The position numbers and the translations under genes are program-made. Below the pieces are notes generated by a model that was not told the origin of the DNA, did no database searches, and saw only the letters and a program-made list of their open reading frames with translations. DNA of 64,000 nucleotides from Thermoleophilia bacterium (GTDB taxonomy: Bacteria > Actinomycetota > Thermoleophilia > Miltoncostaeales > Miltoncostaeaceae), in assembly GCA_046330435.1 (NCBI GenBank), contig JAXLST010000017.1, forward strand, positions 46,450 to 110,449. Direction: 5' to 3'. This document shows, piece after piece, positions 1-8,892 of this stretch. Numbering within the stretch: position 1 is the stretch's first letter; each line of letters begins with the position of its first letter.

Positions 1-254
1 AGGCGCGCATCGGCGTCGCCTCGGGCGCGAACAACACCATGCGCGAGGTCGGCGGAGCGCTCGGCATCGCCGTGATGACCGCCGTGTTCACCGCCACCGG
101 CAGCTACGCCTCACCCCAGGCGTACGTCGACGGGCTCACCCCGTCGGTGCTGGTGGGCGCCGCCGCGGTCGCGGTGGGCGCGCTGCTTGCCCTCGCGGTG
201 CCCGCCCGGCGCGCGGCCCGCATCTCCGCTCAGGCGGCCCTGGAGGCCGCCTGA
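1..254 (+). CDS. MFS-type (EmrB/QacA-like) transporter, C-terminal fragment; gene begins upstream of window
   Basis: Frame is open from the window edge. ARIGVASGANNTMREVGGALGIAVMTAVF plus hydrophobic C-terminal TM segments. High GC3. Stop at 252-254. Confidence 0.7.
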   Translation, partial: ARIGVASGANNTMREVGGALGIAVMTAVFTATGSYASPQAYVDGLTPSVLVGAAAVAVGALLALAVPARRAARISAQAALEAA

Positions 255-268
255 GCGAAGGGGAGGCG

Positions 269-1723
269 TCAGGCGGCCTTGCGGCCCCGGATCTTGGCCT
301 CGCCGTCGGCGACGCCCTTGTCCGGCTCCACCGTGACCGACTTGCCGACGTACTCCTCGATCTCGAGCACCCTGGCGCGGCCGTCCTCGTTGAGGAGCTC
401 GGCCGCCCGGGGGCTCACCCGCACCACCACCGCGTCCTCGGACGCGGCGACGGCGACCCGGGACACGGCCCGGCAGGTGTCGATCGCGACGGTCTCGTCG
501 GAGAGCACGTACCCGAAGCCCTCGCAGGCCCGGCACTGCTCGGTCATCACCTCGCGCGGCCCGTCGCTGATGTTCTGGCGGGTCATCTCCACCAGGCCAA
601 GCGGGGAGATGTCCGCCACGAAGGTCCGGGTGCGGTCCTTCTCGAGCGCGGCCTCCAGCGCGGCCTTCACGGCCTTGCGGTTGGGGGCGTCGCTCATGTC
701 GATGAAGTCGATGATCACGATGCCGCCGATGTCGCGCAGCCGCAGCTGGCGCACCGCCTCGGCCGCCGCCTCCAGGTTGGTCTTGGTGGCGGTGTCCTCC
801 AGGCGGTTCCCCCCACGGCCCACGTTGCCGCCGGAGTTGACGTCGATGACCGTCATGGCCTCGGTGTCGTCGATCACCAGGTAGCCGCCCGACGGCAGCG
901 GGGCGCGCCGCTCCAGCGTCCCCCGGATGGCCTTCTCGGCCCCGAAGGCGGTGAGCAGCGGCTGCTCGCCCTCGTACAGCGTCACCTTCGACGCCATCGC
1001 CGGGGAGGTGCGGCGCAGGAAGTTGAGGATGCGCTCGTGCTGGCCCGGCTCGTCGACGATGACCTCGTCCACGTGCTTGTTCAGCAGGTCGCGGATGACC
1101 TTCAGGGAGACGTCCGCCTCGCTGTAGAGCAGCGACGGGGCCTTCACCTGCCCGGCGCGCTGCTGCAGCGCCTGCCACAGGCGCCGCAGCGCCTGGTAGT
1201 CGCGGGCGATGTCCTCGGCGGACGCGCCGGCGGCGGCGGTGCGGACGATGAGCCCGCCCTCCAGCGGCAGGGCGCCGCAGATCTTGCGGAGGCGCTTGCG
1301 CTCGTCGTCGAGCAGCTTGCGGCTCACCCCCACCCCGTCCCCGTACGGGACGTACACCACGAACCGGCCCGCCAGGGACAGCTGCATGGTGAGGCGGCAC
1401 CCCTTGGTGCCCATGGGGTCCTTGGTGGCCTGCACCAGGATCTCGTCGCCCTTCTTCAGGAGCTCCGCGATCTGGCGCTTGTGCTTCGGCACGCCGATGG
1501 CCACGACCTCGTCGACGTGCAGGAACCCGCTCTTGGGGAGGCCGACGTCCACGAAGGCCGCCTCCATGCCGGCGAGCACGTTGCCCACCCGGCCCTTCCA
1601 GACGTGGCCGACGACCGACCGCCGCCCGCGCCGCTCGATGTAGCACTCCGCCGTGCGCCCGTCCTCGAGGATCGCGACGCGCGTCTCCCACGGGTCGACG
1701 GAGACCAGGATCTTGGTGTTCAG
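269..1723 (-). CDS. rng: Rne/Rng-family ribonuclease (RNase G/E-like)
   Basis: ORF 269-1588 carries the RNase E/G catalytic core (FLHVDEV, VIDDTEAMTVIDVNSG, IIDFIDM). The conserved N-terminus LNTKILVSVDPWETRVAILEDG continues upstream to CTG 1723 with no canonical start in between. Confidence 0.85.
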   Translation of the reverse strand: MNTKILVSVDPWETRVAILEDGRTAECYIERRGRRSVVGHVWKGRVGNVLAGMEAAFVDVGLPKSGFLHVDEVVAIGVPKHKRQIAELLKKGDEILVQATKDPMGTKGCRLTMQLSLAGRFVVYVPYGDGVGVSRKLLDDERKRLRKICGALPLEGGLIVRTAAAGASAEDIARDYQALRRLWQALQQRAGQVKAPSLLYSEADVSLKVIRDLLNKHVDEVIVDEPGQHERILNFLRRTSPAMASKVTLYEGEQPLLTAFGAEKAIRGTLERRAPLPSGGYLVIDDTEAMTVIDVNSGGNVGRGGNRLEDTATKTNLEAAAEAVRQLRLRDIGGIVIIDFIDMSDAPNRKAVKAALEAALEKDRTRTFVADISPLGLVEMTRQNISDGPREVMTEQCRACEGFGYVLSDETVAIDTCRAVSRVAVAASEDAVVVRVSPRAAELLNEDGRARVLEIEEYVGKSVTVEPDKGVADGEAKIRGRKAA

Positions 1724-2541
1724 CGCTCCTCCTGTACGGGGTCAGGCCCGGAGGGTGCGAGCCGGCGTGCGGCCACCGCAACGCCCCGGGTGACGGTGTA
1801 GGCCAACCCGCCGCGGACCACGGTCTCGGCGGAGGGTACGGCGGTGATCAGACGACGCGCGGTCGCGCGCCACAACGGCGCGGCTCCGGCGATGGCCGCC
1901 ACCTGGCCCAGGATGCGGGCGTCGGGGCGGCCACCGGCCAGGCCGGTGAGGTCGGAAGCCAGGCGGACCTGGGTCACGGTGAGCAGCGGCATCGCGGCCC
2001 CGGAGATCCCGGGGGCGGATGCCACCACGGCGGCGCGGCGGGCGGCGCGGCGCTCCAGGCCGCGTGCCACCTCGTCGCGCAACGGGGGGTGGGTGTTGCC
2101 CGCGGCGACCGCGCGGGTGGAGAGGCCGCGCACGACGGCGGCGCGCAGGACGTCGGCCCCGGCCCCGTCGAGCGCGTCGATGTGCTCGACCACCGACATC
2201 TCGACGTCGGGGTCGGCGAGCAGGGCGCGCTCGGCGCGGCGCCGCTGCACGTGGGTGCCCAGCACGGCGACGACGGCGTCGCCGCCCTTGCGGCGGTGCT
2301 CCCCCACGACGGGCGCCACGTGCGCGGCGTTCCCGCCGGGCGCGACGACCGCGACCAGCATGTCGTCGGGGGCCGGCGTGCCGATCCGGCCGCCGACGAT
2401 GGCGGCGGCGTCGGCCGCCAGGCCGGCGTCACCGGCGTCCACCACGACGACCTCGACGTCCTTGTCCGCCGCCATGGCGGACAGGCCGACGGCCATCGCG
2501 AGGGGTTTGACGACGCGGAACCCGCGTTTGATCAGGGGCAC
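1720..2541 (-). CDS. Hypothetical protein, DUF697/YcjF-like C-terminal half with a degenerate alpha/beta N-domain
   Basis: 273-aa ORF with strong GC3 bias. Its stop overlaps the rng CTG (CTGA). The C-terminal pattern (PLLTVTQVRLASDL...AVPSAETVVRGGLAYTVTRGVAV) resembles DUF697. Confidence 0.6.
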   Translation of the reverse strand: MPLIKRGFRVVKPLAMAVGLSAMAADKDVEVVVVDAGDAGLAADAAAIVGGRIGTPAPDDMLVAVVAPGGNAAHVAPVVGEHRRKGGDAVVAVLGTHVQRRRAERALLADPDVEMSVVEHIDALDGAGADVLRAAVVRGLSTRAVAAGNTHPPLRDEVARGLERRAARRAAVVASAPGISGAAMPLLTVTQVRLASDLTGLAGGRPDARILGQVAAIAGAAPLWRATARRLITAVPSAETVVRGGLAYTVTRGVAVAARRLAPSGPDPVQEER

Positions 2542-2557
2542 GGAGGGAGGTCTTCGG

Positions 2558-3685
2558 TCACAGTCCCGCGCGGCGGCGGTGGATGGAGAGCAGGATGCCG
2601 ACGGCCGCCACGTTGGTCACGGTGTGGCTGCCGCCGTAGCTCACGAACGGGAGCGGGATGCCGGTGATGGGCATGATGCCCACGTTCATCCCGACGTTCT
2701 GGAAGAGCTGGAACATGATCATCGCACCGATTCCGCCCGCGACGATCTGTTCGAACTGCGTCGCGGCCCTCGCGGTGAGGCGCAGGATGCGCCAGAGGAT
2801 CACCCCGAACAGCAGCAGGACCCCCGCGGCGCCCGCGAACCCGTACATCTCGGCGATGACCGCGAAGATGAAGTCGGTGTGGTGCTCGGGCAGGAAGTCG
2901 TTGATGGTCTGGGTGGCCTCCTCCGGCCCCTTGCCCAGCGCGCCGCCGGACCCGATGGCCGTCTTGCTCTGGTCCAGCTGGTAGCCGGCGGTGCCGCTGT
3001 TGCGGTCGCCGTTGACGAACGCCGTGAGGCGCTCCACCTGGTAGTCCTTGAGCACGTGGACGCCGGCCGCGGGCAGGATCCCGAGGATCAGCACCAGCGC
3101 GCCCACCAGGACGGCGGCGGCGGTCGCGAAGTGCGTCCACGGCGCGCCGGCGAGGAACAGCACGGCCGTGAGGATGGCGCCGTACACCAGGGCGGTACCG
3201 AGGTCGGGCTGCAGGAACACGACCGCCGCGGGCGCCGCGGCGACCGCGACCAGGAACAACGTCGTGCGTCGCGCCGTGATCTCCGCCATCCGCTCCACCG
3301 CGAGCGCGGAGAGCACCAGGATCATCACGACCTTGCCCATCTCCGACGGCTGCAGGTTGAAGGGCCCCACGTCGATCCAGGCGTTCGCGCCCTTGATGGT
3401 GGTGCCCAGCACGAACACGACCGCGAGGGCGCCCAGCAGGCCGCCCAGCATCACCCAGCTCATGCTCTGCAGCCGGGTGATGTCGAATGCGGCGAGCACG
3501 ATGCCGCCGATCACCGCGCCGATGGTGAACAGCACCTGGCGGTCGGTGAAGAAGTTGGGGCTGCCCGGCACGTCGTTGACGGTGGCGGCGTCGATGACGT
3601 GGACGCTGAACGCCAGCAGCAGGCCGACGGCCAGGATGAGGATCCAGTCCAGGCTCAGGAGCGCGCTCCTGACCCGTTCGCCCAT
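2558..3685 (-). CDS. rodA: Rod-shape peptidoglycan glycosyltransferase RodA (FtsW/RodA/SpoVE family)
   Basis: MGERVRSALLSLDWILI..., multiple TM segments, HTDFIFAVIAEMYGF and GIPLPFVSYGGSH motifs. ATG 3685 lies 38 nt after the PBP2 stop. Confidence 0.9.
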   Translation of the reverse strand: MGERVRSALLSLDWILILAVGLLLAFSVHVIDAATVNDVPGSPNFFTDRQVLFTIGAVIGGIVLAAFDITRLQSMSWVMLGGLLGALAVVFVLGTTIKGANAWIDVGPFNLQPSEMGKVVMILVLSALAVERMAEITARRTTLFLVAVAAAPAAVVFLQPDLGTALVYGAILTAVLFLAGAPWTHFATAAAVLVGALVLILGILPAAGVHVLKDYQVERLTAFVNGDRNSGTAGYQLDQSKTAIGSGGALGKGPEEATQTINDFLPEHHTDFIFAVIAEMYGFAGAAGVLLLFGVILWRILRLTARAATQFEQIVAGGIGAMIMFQLFQNVGMNVGIMPITGIPLPFVSYGGSHTVTNVAAVGILLSIHRRRAGL

Positions 3686-3723
3686 GCCCTCGTGGTGGGC
3701 GCGGGTGGGTGTCGCCAGCGTCG

Positions 3724-5679
3724 TCAGTTCGATTCCTTCTGGATGGGCACGCCGCACAGGTTGGGATCGAAGCGCGTGGGCCCGTAGGCGGCGATCGTAT
3801 GACACACCGCGGGCGCCGCGTTGGTCGCACCCGTCCCGCCGTGCTCGACCACGACGGCGACCACGATCTTGGGGTTGTCGGCGGGCGCATAGCCCACGAA
3901 CCACGCGTGGTCGGGCTGGCCCTTGATGCCGGACTCGGCCGTGCCGGTCTTCCCGGCGATCTGCGGGCCGCCGCTCTGCATCACCGGGGCGAACACCCCG
4001 TACGCCGTCCCCTGGCTGCCGGTCGCCGCCAGCTTGAGCCCCTCCCGCACGGGGGTGAGGATGCGCGCGGGGATGCCGAGGTCCCGCGCCGGCCTGGCGG
4101 ACGAGATCTTGCGCACGACGCGCCCGGACTGGTCGGTGACCTCCTGCGCGACCACGGGCGTCACGATCTTGCCGCCGTTGGCGATCGCGGAGTAGGCGAT
4201 GGCCATCTGCAGGGGATTCGTCTCCACGAAGCCCTGGCCCACGGTCATGTTGACCTCGTCGCCCGGGAGCCACACGGCGAGCGTGGGGTACAGGTCCTTG
4301 AAGTGGTTGACCTTCCACTGCGGGTCGGGGACGCGGCCGGCGTTCTCACCCGGCAGGTCGATGCGCGTCGGCAGGCCGATCCCGAACTTCTTCGCCCACT
4401 CGCTCTGCTGGGCCTCACGCTCCTTATAGAGCTTGTAGCCCACCTGGTAGAAGTAGGTGTCGCTGGACACCTCCAGCGCCTTCGGCAGCGTGATGAGCCC
4501 GTGGAACTCCTTCTGGAAGTTCGGGAACACGGTGTCGAGGATCTTGATCTCGCTCGGGCTGTCGATGAGCTGGGTGGGCGACAGCACCCCCAGCTCCTGC
4601 GCCGTGATCGCGGTGATCGCCTTGAAGGTGGACCCCGGCGGGAACTGCGCCGCGATGGCCCGGTCGAGCAGCGGCGTCTGCTTGTTGCGGTTGTACGAGG
4701 TGATGAGGCGGCTGCGCCCCCGGGCGAAGGCGTTGGGATCGAACGTGGGGTACGAGGCGATCGCGAGGATCTCCCCGGTGTTCGGGTCGATCGCGACGCC
4801 CGCCGCGCCCTTCGCCGTGCCCGAGAGACGCACCCGGGCCTGGAGGTCCGCCTCGAGCGCGCGCTGGGTCGGCATGTCGATGGTGAGGCGCAGGTTCTTG
4901 CCCTGCACCGGCGGGCGGGTGCTGAACTCGCGGCCCACCTGCTCGCCGAAGGCGTCCACCTCGACCTTGCGCTGCCCGCTGACGCCCTTCAGGTACTGCT
5001 CGTACTCGGCCTCGACGCCGTCCTGCCCCACCCGCTCGTTGCCGTTGTAGCCGCGGGCGATGTAGTCCTTGTACTGGCGCTCGTAGATGGGGCCGGTGTA
5101 GCCCAGCAGATGCGCCGCGAGGGTGCCGTTGGGGTACTGGCGCACGAAGCTGTCCTGGAGCTCCACGCCCGGGAACTCGCGGATGCGCTCGGCCACGGGC
5201 AGGGAGACGCCCGCCGGGATGTCACGGGCCAGCACGACCGGCTGGTACGGGTAGTTGAGCTCCCCGCGCCGCATCTTCGCCAGCAGGCTGTACCGGGTGA
5301 CCCCGAGGGTGTCGGCCAGGCGGCCCATCACGAGCTTGCGCCGGTCGCCGACCAGCTCCTTGGGGTACGCGACGATGTTCTGCGACGGGCTGTTCTGGGC
5401 GAGCACCACCTTGCCGGTGCGGTCCGTGATGACCCCGCGTGGCGCCTCCGTGACGATCGTGCGCAGGATGTTGTCGTTCGCCCGCTGGGCGTAGGCCTGC
5501 CCGCCGATGACCTGCAGGAACCACAGGCGCACCACCAGCACGCCGATCATCCCCATGGCGATGATCCCCAGCACGGCGATGCGGAACGCGGTGCGCGGGG
5601 TGAGCGGCCGCTGCGGGCGGCGCGGGTTCCCGGTGGGCCCCCCGCCCCCGGTGGGCCGCGGCGTGAGCATCGTGGTCAT
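3724..5679 (-). CDS. mrdA: Penicillin-binding protein 2 (elongasome transpeptidase)
   Basis: N-terminal TM segment, PBP dimerisation region, STFK active-site motif (PPGSTFKAITA), KTGTAE motif. The ATGA overlap with the mreD stop sets the start at 5679. Confidence 0.9.
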   Translation of the reverse strand: MTTMLTPRPTGGGGPTGNPRRPQRPLTPRTAFRIAVLGIIAMGMIGVLVVRLWFLQVIGGQAYAQRANDNILRTIVTEAPRGVITDRTGKVVLAQNSPSQNIVAYPKELVGDRRKLVMGRLADTLGVTRYSLLAKMRRGELNYPYQPVVLARDIPAGVSLPVAERIREFPGVELQDSFVRQYPNGTLAAHLLGYTGPIYERQYKDYIARGYNGNERVGQDGVEAEYEQYLKGVSGQRKVEVDAFGEQVGREFSTRPPVQGKNLRLTIDMPTQRALEADLQARVRLSGTAKGAAGVAIDPNTGEILAIASYPTFDPNAFARGRSRLITSYNRNKQTPLLDRAIAAQFPPGSTFKAITAITAQELGVLSPTQLIDSPSEIKILDTVFPNFQKEFHGLITLPKALEVSSDTYFYQVGYKLYKEREAQQSEWAKKFGIGLPTRIDLPGENAGRVPDPQWKVNHFKDLYPTLAVWLPGDEVNMTVGQGFVETNPLQMAIAYSAIANGGKIVTPVVAQEVTDQSGRVVRKISSARPARDLGIPARILTPVREGLKLAATGSQGTAYGVFAPVMQSGGPQIAGKTGTAESGIKGQPDHAWFVGYAPADNPKIVVAVVVEHGGTGATNAAPAVCHTIAAYGPTRFDPNLCGVPIQKESN

Positions 5680-6269
5680 GCCGTCTGCCCCAGCTGGAAG
5701 GGCTCCGTGATGCGCGGCTCGCCCAGCAGGCGGCGGGCGATGAGCAGCACCGGGGCGGCGATGAGGCCGGTCAGCACGATGGACGGCACCAGCACGCGCG
5801 CCGTGAAGTCGGCCGCGAACACCGGCGTCCCCAGCATGAGCTGCACCGCGGCGTAGCCCAGCTGCACGAACGCCGCGCCGGCCATGGCCATCACGATCGG
5901 CGGCAGCACGTTCACCGATTCCTCCCGCTCGCAGTACCGGCCCGCCCAGGCCCCCAGCAGGAGATACAGCAAAGCGAGCACCCCGAGCGTTCCGATGGGT
6001 GCGGTGAGCTCCACCAGCAGGCCGCCGGCGGCCCCCGCGATGCCGCCCACCATGGGCCCGCGGAGGATCGCGACGGCCACCACCAAGCAGGCGATGAGGT
6101 CCGGCATCCCGTCGGAGATGCGCACGAACGGCATGAGGCTCACCTGGAGGATGACCCCGATGACGATCAGCGCGCCCACCGCCCACAGGGCCCGTCCCTG
6201 CGGGCTCCCCTGGTCGGGCGGCGCGGAGCCGCCGCCGGACACGATGATGGGCGGCGGGTTGGTGCTCAC
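5676..6269 (-). CDS. mreD: Rod shape-determining protein MreD
   Basis: Small polytopic membrane protein placed between mreC and PBP2. GTGA overlap with the mreC stop and ATGA overlap with the PBP2 start. Confidence 0.7.
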   Translation of the reverse strand: MSTNPPPIIVSGGGSAPPDQGSPQGRALWAVGALIVIGVILQVSLMPFVRISDGMPDLIACLVVAVAILRGPMVGGIAGAAGGLLVELTAPIGTLGVLALLYLLLGAWAGRYCEREESVNVLPPIVMAMAGAAFVQLGYAAVQLMLGTPVFAADFTARVLVPSIVLTGLIAAPVLLIARRLLGEPRITEPFQLGQTA

Positions 6270-7174
6270 GGCGTCTTCGCCCGGTTGAGCGCATCCTGGG
6301 ACTTCGGCGCCAGGACCACCACGTACGCCAGCTCCCGGGGGTTCACGAACGCGGCGACCTGCACCTTCTGCACGACGTCGGTGTCGCTCCCGCCGGCGCC
6401 CACCACAAGGCCGATCGGGATGCCGCGCGGGTACACCGACGGCACCCGCAGGCCGGAGAAGCCGGCGGTGAACACCGCCTGGCCCTGCGTGACCGGCTTG
6501 TCCGCCGGGATCCCCGTGACCTGCAGCTGGTTCGGGCCGCTGGGCGACAGGATGCCGCGGGCGCCGTCCGCACCCTCGATGGTCACGCCGATGCTGGTGC
6601 GCGGCTCCGAGATGAACGTCACGATGGACGAGCTCGGGAACACCTCGGTGATGACGCCCACCAGGCCCTCCGCGTCCCCGCGGGCCATCACCGGCGAGTT
6701 CACGCGGATGCCGTCGTCGCGGCCCCGGTTGAGACGGGCCCGGTGGTACCACGGTGCGGTGGACAGGCCGATGATGCTGGCCGGCACCTGGGTGTAGTCG
6801 GTGCGGAAGTCGTCGCCGACGCCCTTCAGGGCGTCCAGGCGGGCCGTGTCGGCGTGGTCGAACTGCTGCTGCACCAGCAGCGTCTTGAGCTGCTCGTTCT
6901 CGGCCTTCAGGCGCGCCGCCTCGTCCCGGGCGTCGATGAGCGAGGTGCCCCACCCCCAGGCGTCGCGCAGCGGCTGCACCGCCCGGGTGGTGCCCCCCTG
7001 GATGGGCGCGATGATCGCCCCGACGGCGCCCTGGAAGCCGTGCAGCGGCCCGCCGTCGCCCTCGGTGGAGTACGCGGTGAAGAGCAGCAGGCAGCCGACG
7101 ACCAGCGCGGCGAGGAAGCCCCGCCGCACGTTGGAGCGCCGTTTCGCCAATGGCGTGCTCGCCTGTGTCCCCAT
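6266..7174 (-). CDS. mreC: Rod shape-determining protein MreC
   Basis: N-terminal TM segment, coiled coil (DEAARLKAENEQLKTLL), then beta-domain (VNSPVMA...GLVGVITEV). Start taken at MGTQAST (7174), 26 nt after the mreB stop. Confidence 0.85.
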   Translation of the reverse strand: MGTQASTPLAKRRSNVRRGFLAALVVGCLLLFTAYSTEGDGGPLHGFQGAVGAIIAPIQGGTTRAVQPLRDAWGWGTSLIDARDEAARLKAENEQLKTLLVQQQFDHADTARLDALKGVGDDFRTDYTQVPASIIGLSTAPWYHRARLNRGRDDGIRVNSPVMARGDAEGLVGVITEVFPSSSIVTFISEPRTSIGVTIEGADGARGILSPSGPNQLQVTGIPADKPVTQGQAVFTAGFSGLRVPSVYPRGIPIGLVVGAGGSDTDVVQKVQVAAFVNPRELAYVVVLAPKSQDALNRAKTP

Positions 7175-7200
7175 GGGCCGCGGCCCCTTCCGCTGGGGGT

Positions 7201-8244
7201 TCAATACCGGCGCCGCTGGCGCCCCTTGCTCGTCTTGCGCATCACCTCGAACTCCTCGAGGGACCGGCCGGAGCCCACCGCGACGCACGTGAGCGGGGAC
7301 TCCGCCACGTGGATGGGCATCTCGGTCTCACGCCGCAGCCGCTCGTCCAGGCCCTGCAGCAGCGCGCCGCCGCCCGCGAGCATGATGCCGCGGTCCATGA
7401 TGTCCGAGGCGAGCTCCGGCGGCGTCTTGTCCAGGGTGCTCTTCACGGCGTCGACGATCTGACTGACCGGCTCGTCGAGGGCCTCGCGGACCTCCTCGCT
7501 GCTCAGCACCACGGTCTTCGGCAGGCCGGTGATCATGTCCCGCCCGCGGATCTCCGCCTGCACCTCCTCGCGCAGCGGGTACGCGGACCCGATCTCCAGC
7601 TTCACCTCCTCCGCGGTCTGGCTGCCGATCATGAGCTTGTACTCCCGCTTGACCCAGGCGATGACCGCCTCGTCCATCTCGTCCCCGCCCACGCGGATGG
7701 ACTGCGCGACCACGATGCCGCCCAGGGAGATGACCGCCACCTCGGTGGTGCCGCCCCCGATGTCCACGATCATGTTCCCGGTGGGCTCCGCCACCGGCAG
7801 GCCGGCCCCGATGGCGGCCGCCATGGGCTCCTCGATGAGGTAGGCCTGGCGGGCCCCGGCCGAGAGCGTGGCCTCCTCGACCGCGCGCTTCTCGACGCCG
7901 GTCACGCCGGACGGTACGCACACCACCACGCGGGGGTGCGCCCAGCGGTTCTGGTGCACCTTCTGGATGAAGTGCCGGAGCATCTGCTCGGTCACGTCGA
8001 AGTCGGCGATGACGCCGTCCTTGAGCGGCCGGATGGCCGTGATGGTGCCGGGCGTGCGGCCCAGCATCCGCTTCGCCTCGATGCCGACGGCGTGCACCTC
8101 GCTGGTGCGCTGGTCGATGGCGACCACCGACGGCTCGGACAGGACGATGCCACGCCCCCGGACGTACACGAGGGTGTTCGCGGTGCCGAGGTCGACGGCC
8201 ATGTCACGGCCGCCGAACCCGGTCAGGTAGCTCCAGAACCCGAT
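7201..8244 (-). CDS. mreB: Rod shape-determining actin homologue MreB
   Basis: [53 protein letters not shown]. The first canonical start is ATG 8202. Conserved [13 protein letters not shown] codons extend to ATC 8244, which lies behind AAGGAG. Confidence 0.95.
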   Translation of the reverse strand: MGFWSYLTGFGGRDMAVDLGTANTLVYVRGRGIVLSEPSVVAIDQRTSEVHAVGIEAKRMLGRTPGTITAIRPLKDGVIADFDVTEQMLRHFIQKVHQNRWAHPRVVVCVPSGVTGVEKRAVEEATLSAGARQAYLIEEPMAAAIGAGLPVAEPTGNMIVDIGGGTTEVAVISLGGIVVAQSIRVGGDEMDEAVIAWVKREYKLMIGSQTAEEVKLEIGSAYPLREEVQAEIRGRDMITGLPKTVVLSSEEVREALDEPVSQIVDAVKSTLDKTPPELASDIMDRGIMLAGGGALLQGLDERLRRETEMPIHVAESPLTCVAVGSGRSLEEFEVMRKTSKGRQRRRY

Positions 8245-8301
8245 CGGACTGCTCCTTGCTTGCCGCCGCGGGGGGCGGCGTTGGGCGCGAGAGAGGAGGC
8301 G

Positions 8302-8307
8302 ATACTA
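8302..8307 (-). promoter_or_regulatory. Candidate -10 box (TAGTAT) for the mreBCD-mrdA-rodA operon
   Basis: TANNNT hexamer on the minus strand about 55 nt upstream of the SD/ATC of mreB. Motif only. Confidence 0.3.
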
Positions 8308-8408
8308 ACCGACCCCCGGCGGACGTCCCCGGTCCGCGTTCTGCCTGCATGCGCCGTTGCACGGGGACCGTAGCGGGGCCGCGTGGTGCAATGCCACCCC
8401 CGGATCGT

Positions 8409-8819
8409 TCAGGCCGCCGCCTCCCAGGCGCGGCGCACCAGCGCCGCGAGGTCGGGGGCGGGGACGCCGGGCCGCCACAGCTCGACGACGCTCCAGCCGG
8501 GCACCGGCTCCCACGGGCGCGCGCCGTCGACGCCCGGGCCGGGCTCCGGCAGGGCCACCGACTGCATGTCGAAGGCCACCGCCACCGGGGTCCGGCCGCG
8601 CAGCAGCAGCACGTACCGCAGCCCCCCGAAGGAGGGCGAGTAGGCCGTGCTGGGGCCGGGCAGTGCCCGGGCGGCGTCCAGGAGGGCGCTCCCCACGTCG
8701 GAATGGGCGTGCGGCTGCGCCCGTTCGAGGTGGGCCACCAGGGCCGCGGCCGCCCCGGCGTCGACCAGATCGCGGAGGTCGCCGCCGTCGGCGAGGCGGA
8801 GTCCGGGGTCGGCGGGCAC
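8409..8819 (-). CDS. Hypothetical protein
   Basis: 136-aa ORF with high GC3 and balanced composition. GTG start lies 6 nt after a TACCGT -10-like box. Confidence 0.5.
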   Translation of the reverse strand: MPADPGLRLADGGDLRDLVDAGAAAALVAHLERAQPHAHSDVGSALLDAARALPGPSTAYSPSFGGLRYVLLLRGRTPVAVAFDMQSVALPEPGPGVDGARPWEPVPGWSVVELWRPGVPAPDLAALVRRAWEAAA

Positions 8820-8825
8820 GGGCCG

Positions 8826-8831
8826 ACGGTA
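8826..8831 (-). promoter_or_regulatory. Candidate -10 box (TACCGT), leaderless start at GTG 8819
   Basis: TANNNT hexamer 6 nt upstream of the start codon, with no SD. Confidence 0.35.
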
Positions 8832-8877
8832 CCACCGCGGCAGCCCGGTTCCCCGGGACGACCGGGCGGCCGTCCGC

Positions 8878-8883
8878 TACCCT
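8878..8883 (+). promoter_or_regulatory. Candidate -10 box (TACCCT), near-leaderless start at ATG 8893
   Basis: TANNNT hexamer 9 nt upstream of the ATG. Confidence 0.3.
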
Positions 8884-8892
8884 CGGGGGCCG

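Noticed and set aside
111-3787. Long ORFs 111-1781 (-) and 1844-3787 (+), and similar ones overlapping rng, rodA and the DUF697-like gene
   Set aside because: Arg/Pro/Gly-rich nonsense in alternative or antisense frames of genes with clear homology. No independent support.
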